A stretch of DNA of 44,688 bases from Octopus bimaculoides (Eukaryota): assembly GCF_001194135.2 (NCBI RefSeq), contig NC_068986.1:38529322-38574009 (forward strand), in the 5' to 3' direction. The notes beneath the pieces were generated by a model, which ran no database searches, was not told the origin of the DNA, and saw only the letters and a program-made list of their open reading frames with translations. Of the stretch, positions 12,915 through 23,134 are shown piece by piece. The position numbers and the translations under genes are program-made. Position 1 is the first letter of the stretch. Each line of letters begins with the position of its first letter.

Positions 12915-13125
12915 CCCCAGTACTTACTTTTTAATCAGGTACTTATTCTTTCAGTGTCTTTTGCAAAACGGCTGTTCTTGGGATGTAAACAAACCAACAC
13001 CAGTTTTCAAGCAATGCTGTTGGGGAACAAACACACACACACATATATATACAATGGGTTTCAGTGCAGTTTCTCTCTACCAAAGGCATAAGGCATTGGT
13101 CAGCTCAGGATTATAGTAGAAGACA
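12915..13125 (-). mobile_element. tRNA-like SINE fragment
   Basis: aaatcaaccccagtactt...ggggaacaaacacacac...tttcagt...ctaccaaa...aggattatagtagaagac. Confidence 0.7.
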
Positions 13126-13962
13126 TGGAGGCGCAATGGCCCAGTGGGTGAATTGCATCATAGTGCTGTTTTTCTCAGAGGCGGTGCCCAACTGACCCTA
13201 CAATACTGTGCAATTGACAAAATAAAAAAACATGCGCATGCACGAAATTAAAAATAAAATCGCTACAATTTACCCATTACACTCTGTATGTATACATACA
13301 TGTGTGTGTGTGTGTGTGCATACATACATATGGCTAGATAGCTTGATGGATGGATGGATGGAAGAATATATAATATATATTAAATATATAGAAGTGTTTA
13401 AGCTCCATAAAATATATCCATTATTTAAGAGCTCAATTATGAGCATATCGTTAAACTCCAATATATTTATTATTACAATGCAATATTCATCAGTGGAACA
13501 AGTGAATAAGTTTGCCTGTCTAGCAAGATTGGTTAAAACAATTGTTCAGAGTTGTAGAGTGGAATTAAATTATGAATCACTCAATTTTCTTTTTTCTTTT
13601 CTACCTATTCTCTGTGTGTCTCCTGTCCGTTACCTCTCTCTCACTCTCTGTCTCTCTCTATATATATATGTATATATATTTGATTTTTTTTTCAGGGGTA
13701 ATTAAAAAAACGTACCAGTTTCAATATAATACTACTAGGTATACCACCACCCCAACGCTGAAAAAATTTTCCATCACAAATTCCAATATAATCCAAATTT
13801 ACTCTATCTGAATGGTATTTGAAAAAAAAGCATTATTAAAAATTACACATTATTCTGAAATTTGTGAGGAAACAAAAGTGGTGGGTGAGGAGGACACATT
13901 AGTGAAAACTATAAATCATGAACTGATGTCTTGAAGGAAACCCAACATTGTCTTTGTTGGGG

Positions 13963-14776
13963 CAAGTCCTCGACAAGAATGTCGCCCCCCCCCCAAAAAA
14001 AACCCCCCACCCCTTTTTTACATTTTTTTTTCGGCACAAACTTCGACACAAATTTCAGTTATGGGGAATACGAATCTGCAAAAGTTTGGCAAAAATCGGC
14101 ATTTTTAAATTACTACCCCCATCTCCCATTTCCTTCATTTTTTACCTTTTTCAGAAATTTTTTTTGTCAAAATATGTGGAAAAATATGGAGATTATGATT
14201 CTGAAACAAATTTCCAAAAATTTTTTTTAAAGTTTTTTTAAGAATTTTTTTTTTCCTAAATATGTTGAAAAATATGGACATTACGATTCTGACAAGAATT
14301 TCAAAACATTTCTGAAGTTACGGTTAGGGTTAGGGTTTTATGGTTAGGGTTAGGATTTTAGGGTTAGAGTTAGGGTTTTAGGGTTAGGGTTAGGGTTTTA
14401 GGGTTAGGGTTTTAGGGTTAGGGTTTTAGGGTTAGGGTTAGGGTTACAGTTTTAGGGTTAGGATTTGAGGGTTAGAGTTAGGGTTTTAGCGTTAGGGTTA
14501 GGGTTTTAGGGTTAGGGTTTTAGGGTTAGGGTTACAGTTTTAGGGTTAGGATTTTAGGGTTAGAGTTAGGGTTTTAGCGTTAGGGTTAGGGTTTTAGGGT
14601 TAGGGTTAAGGATTTAGGGTTAGGGTTAGGGTTAGTGTTAGGGAAAAAAGTCAAAATTTAAGAATTGGGGGGAGGTGGGGGTTAGAAAAATGTTTTAAAT
14701 AAACAAAAATTTTTTTAAATGACCAAATTTGGGAGAAAATGACGAGGGAGACGGGCGGAAGTCTTTACAAGTCCTC
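13963..14776 (+). mobile_element. Cassette containing telomeric repeats, bounded by the direct repeat CAAGTCCTC
   Basis: CAAGTCCTC at 13963-13971 and 14768-14776; C-rich left end, G-rich right end, imperfect terminal inverted similarity, internal ~50-bp duplication at ~14170 and ~14258. Family not identified. Confidence 0.55.
14324..14643 (+). repeat. Interstitial telomere-like array of TTAGGG and TTTTAGGG units with variants
   Basis: Direct reading; variants TTAGGA, TTAGAG, TTACAG and TTTTAGCG; 88-bp higher-order repeat (TTACAG at 14444 and 14532). Confidence 0.95.
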
Positions 14777-14789
14777 TAATGACAGGATC

Positions 14790-14970
14790 GCTACATCACC
14801 AGGCTAAATGCTTAGCAGTATTCCATTCATTTTTACGTTCTTAGTTCAAATTCTGCCAATATCTTTTCGAAGTCGATAAAATAAGTACCAATTGAGCACT
14901 GGGGTTGATATAATCGACTTAATCCTCCCCGAAATTGCTGGCTTTTTGCCAAAAATTGAAACCAATATTC
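14790..14970 (+). mobile_element. SINE of the (ATT)n-tailed family
   Basis: aaatgcttagcagtatt...agttcaaattctgcc...aaataagtacca...gcactgggg...aaattgaaacc, as in the 38205-39020 copies. Confidence 0.75.
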
Positions 14971-16666
14971 GCAAAACATGAGAGTGGAGGAGCAGCAACA
15001 GATAGTTTCACAGTATCTTATTTGATGCTTTTAACTTGATATCTCTAACTTCAAATTTTGATGAACCTATTTTCTCTTTTAATTCATCCTTCTGGCTAAG
15101 ACCGAATATTAACAGAAATCTTTCTTCAACTGTGATAATGTAGAGCAACATTCGACATCAAATACTCAGATTTTACTGTCTGACAGAGGGCCTGCGACTC
15201 TTATGGACACTGCATTGGTGGACAGAAATAAAAGGTCACAGGAAAAAATATCATGTCATTTAAATACCATGAATAATAGTTAGTATAAATAAATACTTTA
15301 AATCGCTTATTAACTGACAACACGTCTTGTACACTATGACAAGACAATTTATACAACATGCAATTTGTATATGCTCCCATGACAAGGCAATTTATAATAT
15401 TTATACATCTTAAAACAATGTCTTTTTTTCAAGTTTGCACTGTAACTATTTTCCTTTGACTTCATTTCTCGTGATGTTTTTATCTGTAACTTTTGTTCCT
15501 CATTTCACCTTAACTGACTAAATTTATCATTTCTGATTTTGACTCAATGTCAGCTCTTTTAATGGAAGGGTGTTTGATCAAACTGACCTCAGCACTTAAC
15601 TAGTACTTCTTTTTTCGATCCTGGTAAAAAAATAAAAATAAAAATTGAAAGTGATGTTGATATCAATAGGGTTTGAACTCAGTACCTAGAGAACCACCAG
15701 GCATATTCTCCGCTGCTTCAACAATTCTCCCAAGCCCAAAAGCTACGCCAAGCAAGCTGGTTTCCATTCCCAGTCGAAGTTAATTCATTCCTCTAATGCC
15801 TATTTCTGTCTACTCTTTCAACAATAAAACACAGACATGTTAACATATGGCATTTATTTTATAAAACGTGTTCTAGTTTGCCTGGTTTTAGCACAGCTTG
15901 TTAAGCTTAAGACGAAAAGTGGTCAATAAAAAAAAAGCTCCATAAAACGATATATTAGATTCAACCGTCTATATTCCCACACCTTACTAACTAGACCCTG
16001 CGTCTGATAAAAGGAAATCGATACTATCAAAGCAAGTAGTATTCTAAAAAGAAAATCCCATTTCCACATTGTTATGATATTAATGGGATCTCTCAACCCA
16101 ATTTTATTGTGAGTCAATGTTGCTATAGTATGTCATTAAGTAGACAGAACTCGAACCTACATTTCAACATAGTGTTTCTTCTCCCTGTGAACAAACACAC
16201 AAAGGCCTTATTTCCAGTTTCCATAGTTAATGGTGAACCGATATAAGAGCCATGAGAAAAAGACTCAAATTTAGTCAAGAAAGCAAATAGCAAATTTGGT
16301 CAGATCAAATTTTGGTTTGGTAAAAGATTATATTTCATTTAAATATCATAGATGACAGTTAAAGTACTTTAAAGTAAATATTTTAAGTCAATTAGCTTGC
16401 AGAACATGACTAGTACACGGTGAAAACACAATGAATGGTATTACACGTATGTGGAGGTGGGAAAATCATCTTCTATTAAATAAATACTTTAAATAAAACA
16501 GAAAAACATAAATCATTTAACAAATTTTCTGTAATTTTTGTCTGTAAGTGTTTTTCATCGGTGACTGTTTTTTTCATTTATATATGGCAGGCAACAATTT
16601 CCATACGGTTTTTATTTAGGCTATTGTGACCATGAAATACTTTCAGCTTCAGCCAATTTCCATATA

Positions 16667-16706
<40 letters not shown>

Positions 16707-16929
16707 AACACCGATATTCTATCATTAGTTGGCGAAATAAATACTCTTCTTTTTCTTTTTTTGCCTTTGAATACATTTATTTTCTCGTCTTAATTCTTCA
16801 GTGTTATTTTAAGATGGTATTACATAAACTGCAAAACAATGAATGAATAGTTTGAAGTGATTCATATAACATTATGATTCAATCTCAAAGATTTAGATTT
16901 ATGACAAACACTGGAACAAACGTCTAAGA

Positions 16930-17454
16930 CAGTGGTTCCAACCTTTTCACGACCAAGGGGTCCTTTTATCTAAATGAGCTTTCCCACCGACCCTTTTTAA
17001 TATGCTTATCCTTATATATATATATATATATATNNNNNNNNNNNNNNNNNNNNNNNNNNNNNNNNNNNNNNNNNNNNNNNNNNNNNNNNNNNNNNNNNNN
17101 NNNNNNNNNNNNNNNNNNNNNNNNNNNNNNNNNNNNNNNNNNNNNNNNNNNNNNNNNNNNNNNNNNNNNNNNNNNNNNNNNNNNNNNNNNNNNNNNNNNN
17201 NNNNNNNNNNNNNNNNNNNNNNNNNNNNNNNNNNNNNNNNNNNNNNNNNNNNNNNNNNNNNNNNNNNNNNNNNNNNNNNNNNNNNNNNNNNNNNNNNNNN
17301 NNNNNNNNNNNNNNNNNNNNNNNNNNNNNNNNNNNNNNNNNNNNNNNNNNNNNNNNNNNNNNTATATATATATATATATATGAAATTTCGAATTTAGTTC
17401 AAGACACCCCCCCCCCTAGTACTACCTTTGTGGACCACAGGTTGGAAACCACTC
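16930..17454. mobile_element. hAT (Charlie/Buster-type) MITE with 8-bp TSD
   Basis: TIRs CAGTGGTTCCAACC / GGTTGGAAACCACTC; identical TSD GTCTAAGA at 16922-16929 and 17455-17462; internal (TA)n and an assembly gap. Confidence 0.85.
17034..17362. other. Assembly gap (others at 19064-19143, 23678-24009, 34268-34383, 36937-36946)
   Basis: Runs of N, each adjacent to a microsatellite, homopolymer or tandem repeat. Confidence 1.
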
Positions 17455-17954
17455 GTCTAAGACATTGAAAGTCTAGTGTCTCGGACGGGTCATTTGTTTC
17501 AACACATGAATTCACATCAAGAATCTAGCAAGCCAAATACAAAAACGAAACATTAAAAGGCATTTGAGTCAAAAAGTCTTTTAACAACAAAGCAGTTCAC
17601 GCGACCTAGATTTAAGGCTCAGAAGACGAAACTATCCAAATTAAATTAATCAAAATATGCCAGCACACACACACGGGTATGTACATACATACATACATAT
17701 ATATACATACATACATACATTATATATTATGAAGATATGTATATTTATGTATGTGTGTATATAGATATTTGTGCCTATATATAATTATATATACATGCAT
17801 AGATATAGAGTTCAAAATTGTACAAAAAAATGACAGGTGAGAGAACAACAGACAAGTCCTCTCAAAATAATTAATGTTTTTAATGTTTTTATGCCGAGTA
17901 ATAAAAACAATTTTTCATTAAACTGAAGTATATATATATATATATACTTTTAGT

Positions 17955-18150
17955 TGTTTAGTCAGTGTAGTACACGGCCATGGCGGGGCACCGTTTTTGA
18001 AGTAATTTAGTCAAATCGTTCCAGTATTTATTTTTCTTTCTCAGCCTGGTGCTTATGTTATTGAACTCTTTGGAGGGACCACTAACTTACGGAGACATAA
18101 ACAAACCAGCACCGTTTATCAAGCGGTGGGGTGACAAACACAGACATAAA
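17955..18150 (-). mobile_element. SINE 3' half with CpGs retained
   Basis: cggccatggcggggcaccg...ctaacttacggagacataaacaaacc...aagcggtggggtgacaaacacagac, homologous to 35740-35930. Confidence 0.7.
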
Positions 18151-18366
18151 GATACACACATATCCGAATAGATTATTTTATACAGATATATGTATATATA
18201 CTTAAGTACAAACATTCATACATACGTCCATCGTATGTATAAGATGTATATGATACAGATGTACTGTGTGTATTATATATTATATACAGTTATGTGCACG
18301 CGAACACATTAATGTGTGTATGTTATTTATGAACGTCACATATCCACACACACATATATATAATAC

Positions 18367-18411
<45 letters not shown>

Positions 18412-18949
18412 GGGATAAAAATCCAAAACTCCAGGTAAAATCTCAATTAAAATCAATTTATTAAAAATTAAAATTAAAATAAGTTTCACAGTATAAAATA
18501 TATATATATGACTGGATTTTCATCGATGAGTTCATGAACCATGGTTCTTTTCCCTAAAACTAAACATATATAATATATATGTGTGTGTGTGTAGTATGGT
18601 ATTTATATTTTATATGTATTATATACAAAAATGTACACGCATATACAATACAATGAAATATATGAAGAAAATGATCCGTACTATGTCAAGTCAGGCTAAG
18701 TGGAGGAGTGAGGAGCACTTTATGTACTATACTGACTCACGTCAGAAGCAGAAAGCGCTACCACATTCAGGAATATTCTTTCCCGAAGATGTATAAGTAA
18801 ACAAATTAAGGACTTGTAAACAACAAAGTATGTTAGATTATGTGTCCAATGAAGAACAAATTACATGAAATATCACTAGAAGTTTTTAAAACTATTTTTA
18901 ACCGATCATACAAAAGATCCCTAAAAACTAAAGTATAATATAATATAGA

Positions 18950-19350
18950 TGTTTTTCAGCTTTTCTCAATTTCGTGAATCGCACTCCTAAGATTTTTAGG
19001 GATTATTAAAAAGGATTTTTCAGCCCATATTCTCAGTTTTGCGAACTCCACCTGCAAGATTTTNNNNNNNNNNNNNNNNNNNNNNNNNNNNNNNNNNNNN
19101 NNNNNNNNNNNNNNNNNNNNNNNNNNNNNNNNNNNNNNNNNNNTTCGCGAACCCTACACCCAAGATTTTTAGGGATTATAAAAAAAAGGCATTGCTATTA
19201 ATATAAAATATTTTTCAGTACTTTCTCTCAGTTTCATGAATCCCAACCTTAAGTTTTTTTAGAGATTATATATTTAAAAAAAATACAAAAGGCATTGCCA
19301 TAAAATAATATAAAATATTTTTCTGCCCTTTCTCTCAACGTTTGAGAACC
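18950..19350 (+). repeat. Degenerate minisatellite (~70-110-bp units) spanning a gap
   Basis: Recurrent ttttcag..ttctca.ttt..gaa...aagattttt.agggattat..aaaagg blocks at ~18952, 19018, 19144, 19211 and 19318. Confidence 0.7.
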
Positions 19351-19559
19351 CCACTAAGCGACTAGTAACCAAAACAACAGGAGAAGCTAAGGTCTAAACA
19401 GGTTATAGTCTGTCCACTGTTTATATTTAAATATAGGTTCTCTAGTTAGACACGCCTTCTCTTCTTCCCTTGAAAAAAGTAAACACTCTTTTCAAAGGGG
19501 CTGTTATAGTTTGATGAACAGTGATGACCTAGTTTTTCATGGTGACCTTGTCGAGTAAC

Positions 19560-20150
19560 TGACATATAAACATCACATCTCCGTCCCCCACCTACAAAAC
19601 TCACACGCACAGACACGCACGCTCGTGCGCGCGCACACATATATTCACATAGACGCACACTGGCACGTAGGCATACAGACTCACTGGTACACTCACACGC
19701 GGATACGCACACATATACAGCCACCACTTTGGAAGTAATAGTAGAAGAGGGAGGCGTGTATGTATGTAAACACAGTCTGTTTCTCTGTTATTTTCGTCTT
19801 GTTGCTGACATCACCCATCTGCTGTGTCTTCCTTTCCTCCAGCACGTGACCCAGCTTAGCCTGCACAGCTGACTTCGCCACCCGCTCCTTCCACTGACAT
19901 TTATGACGACCACTACCCCCATGATTAGCACCATTATTATTATTATTTTTATTATTATTATTACCATCATTATCATCATCGTCACCCCCTTTTCAATGTT
20001 CAGGACTTGCGCTTTCTCTTGTTACTACCACCGTCGTCGTCTACAGCCATAAGAAGCAGAGTCGCTGACACGTACTTGTCAAGCAACTGCTATTGTTAAG
20101 CTTTCAACTTCCTTCCTCAGGCGAACTGATTGATGTAAACACAGTCTGCC
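19560..20150. promoter_or_regulatory. CpG-rich promoter/5'-UTR-like region
   Basis: About 27 CpG in 600 bp by hand count versus 0-4 per kb in sampled flanks; duplicated 16-mer ATGTAAACACAGTCTG; E-box CACGTGAC; alternating purine-pyrimidine tract. Confidence 0.5.
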
Positions 20151-21557
20151 TCCTTTGTTTTTCAACTAGAACCCAGATAACAAAATCATGAAACTTAGAA
20201 GCAGACAGATAGACGGAAAGTAGCAAAGAATAAAACTGTTGTTGTTAGTAGTGATGTTAAAAAATTCTCTTCAGAGTTCGAAAGTAGCATAAATCTAGAG
20301 CTTTTGTTTAGCTTGAGGGTAGACCAGGATAGGCAAACTTATGATCAGAGGTGTTCTACTCGTGACCATACTATCTTTCTGTTCAGCTATAATGTATCCA
20401 GAACTACAACTACACTCTCCAAAGTGTCCTAGCTTTTAAAAAAAAGTAGTAGGCTGTTGTCTGAGGGAAATTTGTCGAACCACTACTTTCTTCTGTAGTG
20501 GCTCTTCTAGCAGACTTCGTGCACAACAGACACAATATAAAGCCAAATAGAAAACAGTTGTACTCCTATGCTGACCTGTAACTGAATTAAACTAAACTAA
20601 ACAAGGTGTACAATGCTAATTAGCCTTAATCCACTATCATTAACTTAGGAAATGAGTCTAAGAAAAGTCTAGTTAATATCGAAATTATGTCATCAGTTAG
20701 GCTTTTTTTTTTTCCTGTACATATTTTTATCCTTTAGAAACAACGAAATAATTACTATTGGTGTTTTTGTAGGTCATTGTTCTTGTCAGGCGATGTAATA
20801 ATAATTAGAGGGTGTCTAAGGAAAACAATAGAAAAAGGGTTAATTAGATAGATTTAGTTTTTGTTTATTGGTTTTATTTTAAACTTGTAATTCAATATAC
20901 GAATTCCTTCTTAAATAAAAGAAATTTTTTTCAAGAAAAGGCGATGCCAAATTCAGGTTGGTATTTGTCAAAAGCTTTTGCTTTTTTGCTGTCAACATTT
21001 TTCTTTCGTTTCTAGGTGGTTTTAAACCTCTTCAACTTATGTATAATTAAATAGGTAGAAAATAGGAGACTATGATACAGTAGTATTTTAAGAATAGTAA
21101 TAGACTAAAGGACATTTCTCTTTTAATTTAATATAGTTGCAGCTGAAAAGCAATGAAACGGTTTTTCAATGAAAATGATGGTCGTTATTTGCATTTAACA
21201 AGAAAAATTTGTAACAGCAATTTAATAATGATCGTTTGAAGTATTAATATTAACAAGATAAAGAGCTTTCAACAGAAATCTGTCTTGAAAGAATTTATAT
21301 AAACAAGACAATGAATCACAATTTGCAGTTTCTTCTTTTCAATACAATAAATTATACATAAAGCAAAGATCCCTTCGAAAAATATGTGACACTACTACTA
21401 AACTTGCAAACAGAAGAGGGTGGGGGACATTCTTTGTCAAATGGTTTATGCTGGAAAAATGAAGCGGAAATAGAGGAACGTTGCAGATGATTTTTAGTTG
21501 CTGTAAACAACCATACTTTCAGAAGACTTATTTTCAAATGTAATAAAATTCTTTATA

Positions 21558-21599
<42 letters not shown>

Positions 21600-22257
21600 A
21601 CACACCCACACACACACACACAGATAGATAGATAGTTAAAATGAAAGAGAGAGAGAGTAAACAGACAGAAGACAGATACAAAGTGAGACAGTAGACAACA
21701 GACAGATGATAGATAGACAGATAGACAGGCAGACAGATCGACAAACATGGATATAACAGGAAATATTTAGCATTTTTATCAATGTCTGTTAGAGTTTTAT
21801 TTGTTAATTTATGCTACAGTTAACAAGTTTGTGACAAGTAAATTTAGTATTGGTTAAGGTCAATTTCTTAATTTTTCATATTTCTTTTCCTTTCCTTTGG
21901 GAAATCTGTACATTCTCTTAAAATAAAATATACAATGGAGAATAGAGTATTTGTGGACTTAAAGAACAATGTAAGAACTGGCTTCCCATTTAACGCCTGT
22001 CTAAAAATAATATCAATTTTTAGAGTTTAACCTTCTGCTTTCACAACTGTTTCAAACATTAATTGCTTCAACAATAATCAATGAAACAAAAGTACAAAAA
22101 GAAAAGAAACAAAAAAATGTTATGTTAACCCTTTTACTGTGAAAAGCTAATAATATTCACCTCAAATTTCATTACTCAACTGCAGAAAGCTGTTTTATAT
22201 ACCAGTTCATCTTTTATTGAGGAATGTTATGTTTGAAAGTATATTCTTTTGAGATAT

Positions 22258-22643
22258 AGGCTCAGGCATGGTTGTGTAGTAAGAAGTTTGCTTCCCAACC
22301 ACATGGTTCTCTGTTCAGTCCCATTAGTCAAGTGTCCTCTACTATAGCCTCAGGCCAACCAAAGCCTTATGAATGGATTTGGTAGAAGAAAACTAAAAGA
22401 AGCCTGTTGTACACAAACACACACATCTATCTATCTCTCTCTCTCTATATATATATATATACGACAGGCTTCTTTCAGTTTTCGTCTATCAAATCCACTC
22501 ACAAGGCTTTGGCTGGCCCATGGCTGTGTGGTAAGTAGCTTACTTACCAACCACATGGTTCCAGGTTAATTCCCACTGCATGGCACCTTGGGCAAGTGTC
22601 TTCTACCATAGCCTCAGGCCAACCAAAGCCTTGTGAGCTTGCC

Positions 22644-22689
<46 letters not shown>

Positions 22690-22920
22690 TATATATGTTT
22701 GTGTGTGTGTTTTTGTGTCTGTTTATTTACTTGCCCCACTGCTTGACATCTGGTGTGTTTACATCCCCATAATTTAACAGTTTGGCAAAAGAGAATAAGT
22801 TCCAGGCTTAAAAAGAAATAAGAACTGGGGTCTATTCAACTAAAAATTCTTCAGGGCATTGCCCCAACATGGCCACAGTCTAATGACTGAAACAAGTAAA
22901 AGATAAAAGAATATAAAAGA
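22258..22920. mobile_element. Cluster of tRNA-like SINE copies in +, - and + orientation
   Basis: Heads ggctcaggcatggttgtgtagtaagaagtttgcttcccaaccacatgg (22258) and tggctgtgtggtaagtagcttacttaccaaccacatgg (22521); inverted body at 22461-22525; tail gactgaaacaagtaaaaga near 22890. Confidence 0.8.
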
Positions 22921-22998
22921 AATATGTTAAGTTTAATGAGGCAATATGACTTGCAGAAAATACCAATTCTATTTTTTGGTAGATTGGTAGATACTTAC

Positions 22999-23034
22999 TG
23001 ATGGTTGCTGGAATAACAATGAAATTTAATTTCA
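22999..23034 (-). CDS. Candidate 36-nt symmetrical exon (KLNFIVIPATI or EIKFHCYSSNH)
   Basis: Long polypyrimidine acceptor ttttttctatttcttttaccctttaacag and donor TCA|GTAAGT; two frames open. Confidence 0.35.
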
Positions 23035-23134
23035 CTGTTAAAGGGTAAAAGAAATAGAAAAAAGCTTCTTCTCAAGTTCAGCAAATAATTTTATTCTTGG
23101 TAAGATCAGTTTTTTATTCATAGATATTTGGATA

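Noticed and set aside
13232-13705. 157-aa ORF, the longest gap-free ORF in the track
   Set aside because: Runs through (TG)n, (TA)n and (CT)n microsatellites; composition is low-complexity.
13931-14241. Two overlapping ~98-aa ORFs
   Set aside because: Homopolymer-rich arm of the telomere cassette, Phe/Lys-rich and non-coding in character.
14324-14643. True chromosome end or telomere fusion site
   Set aside because: Unique sequence on both sides, single orientation, ordered variants; no CCCTAA counterpart.
17002-17397. ORFs spanning N-runs (also 23479-24209 and 33831-34534)
   Set aside because: Artefacts of translating assembly gaps.
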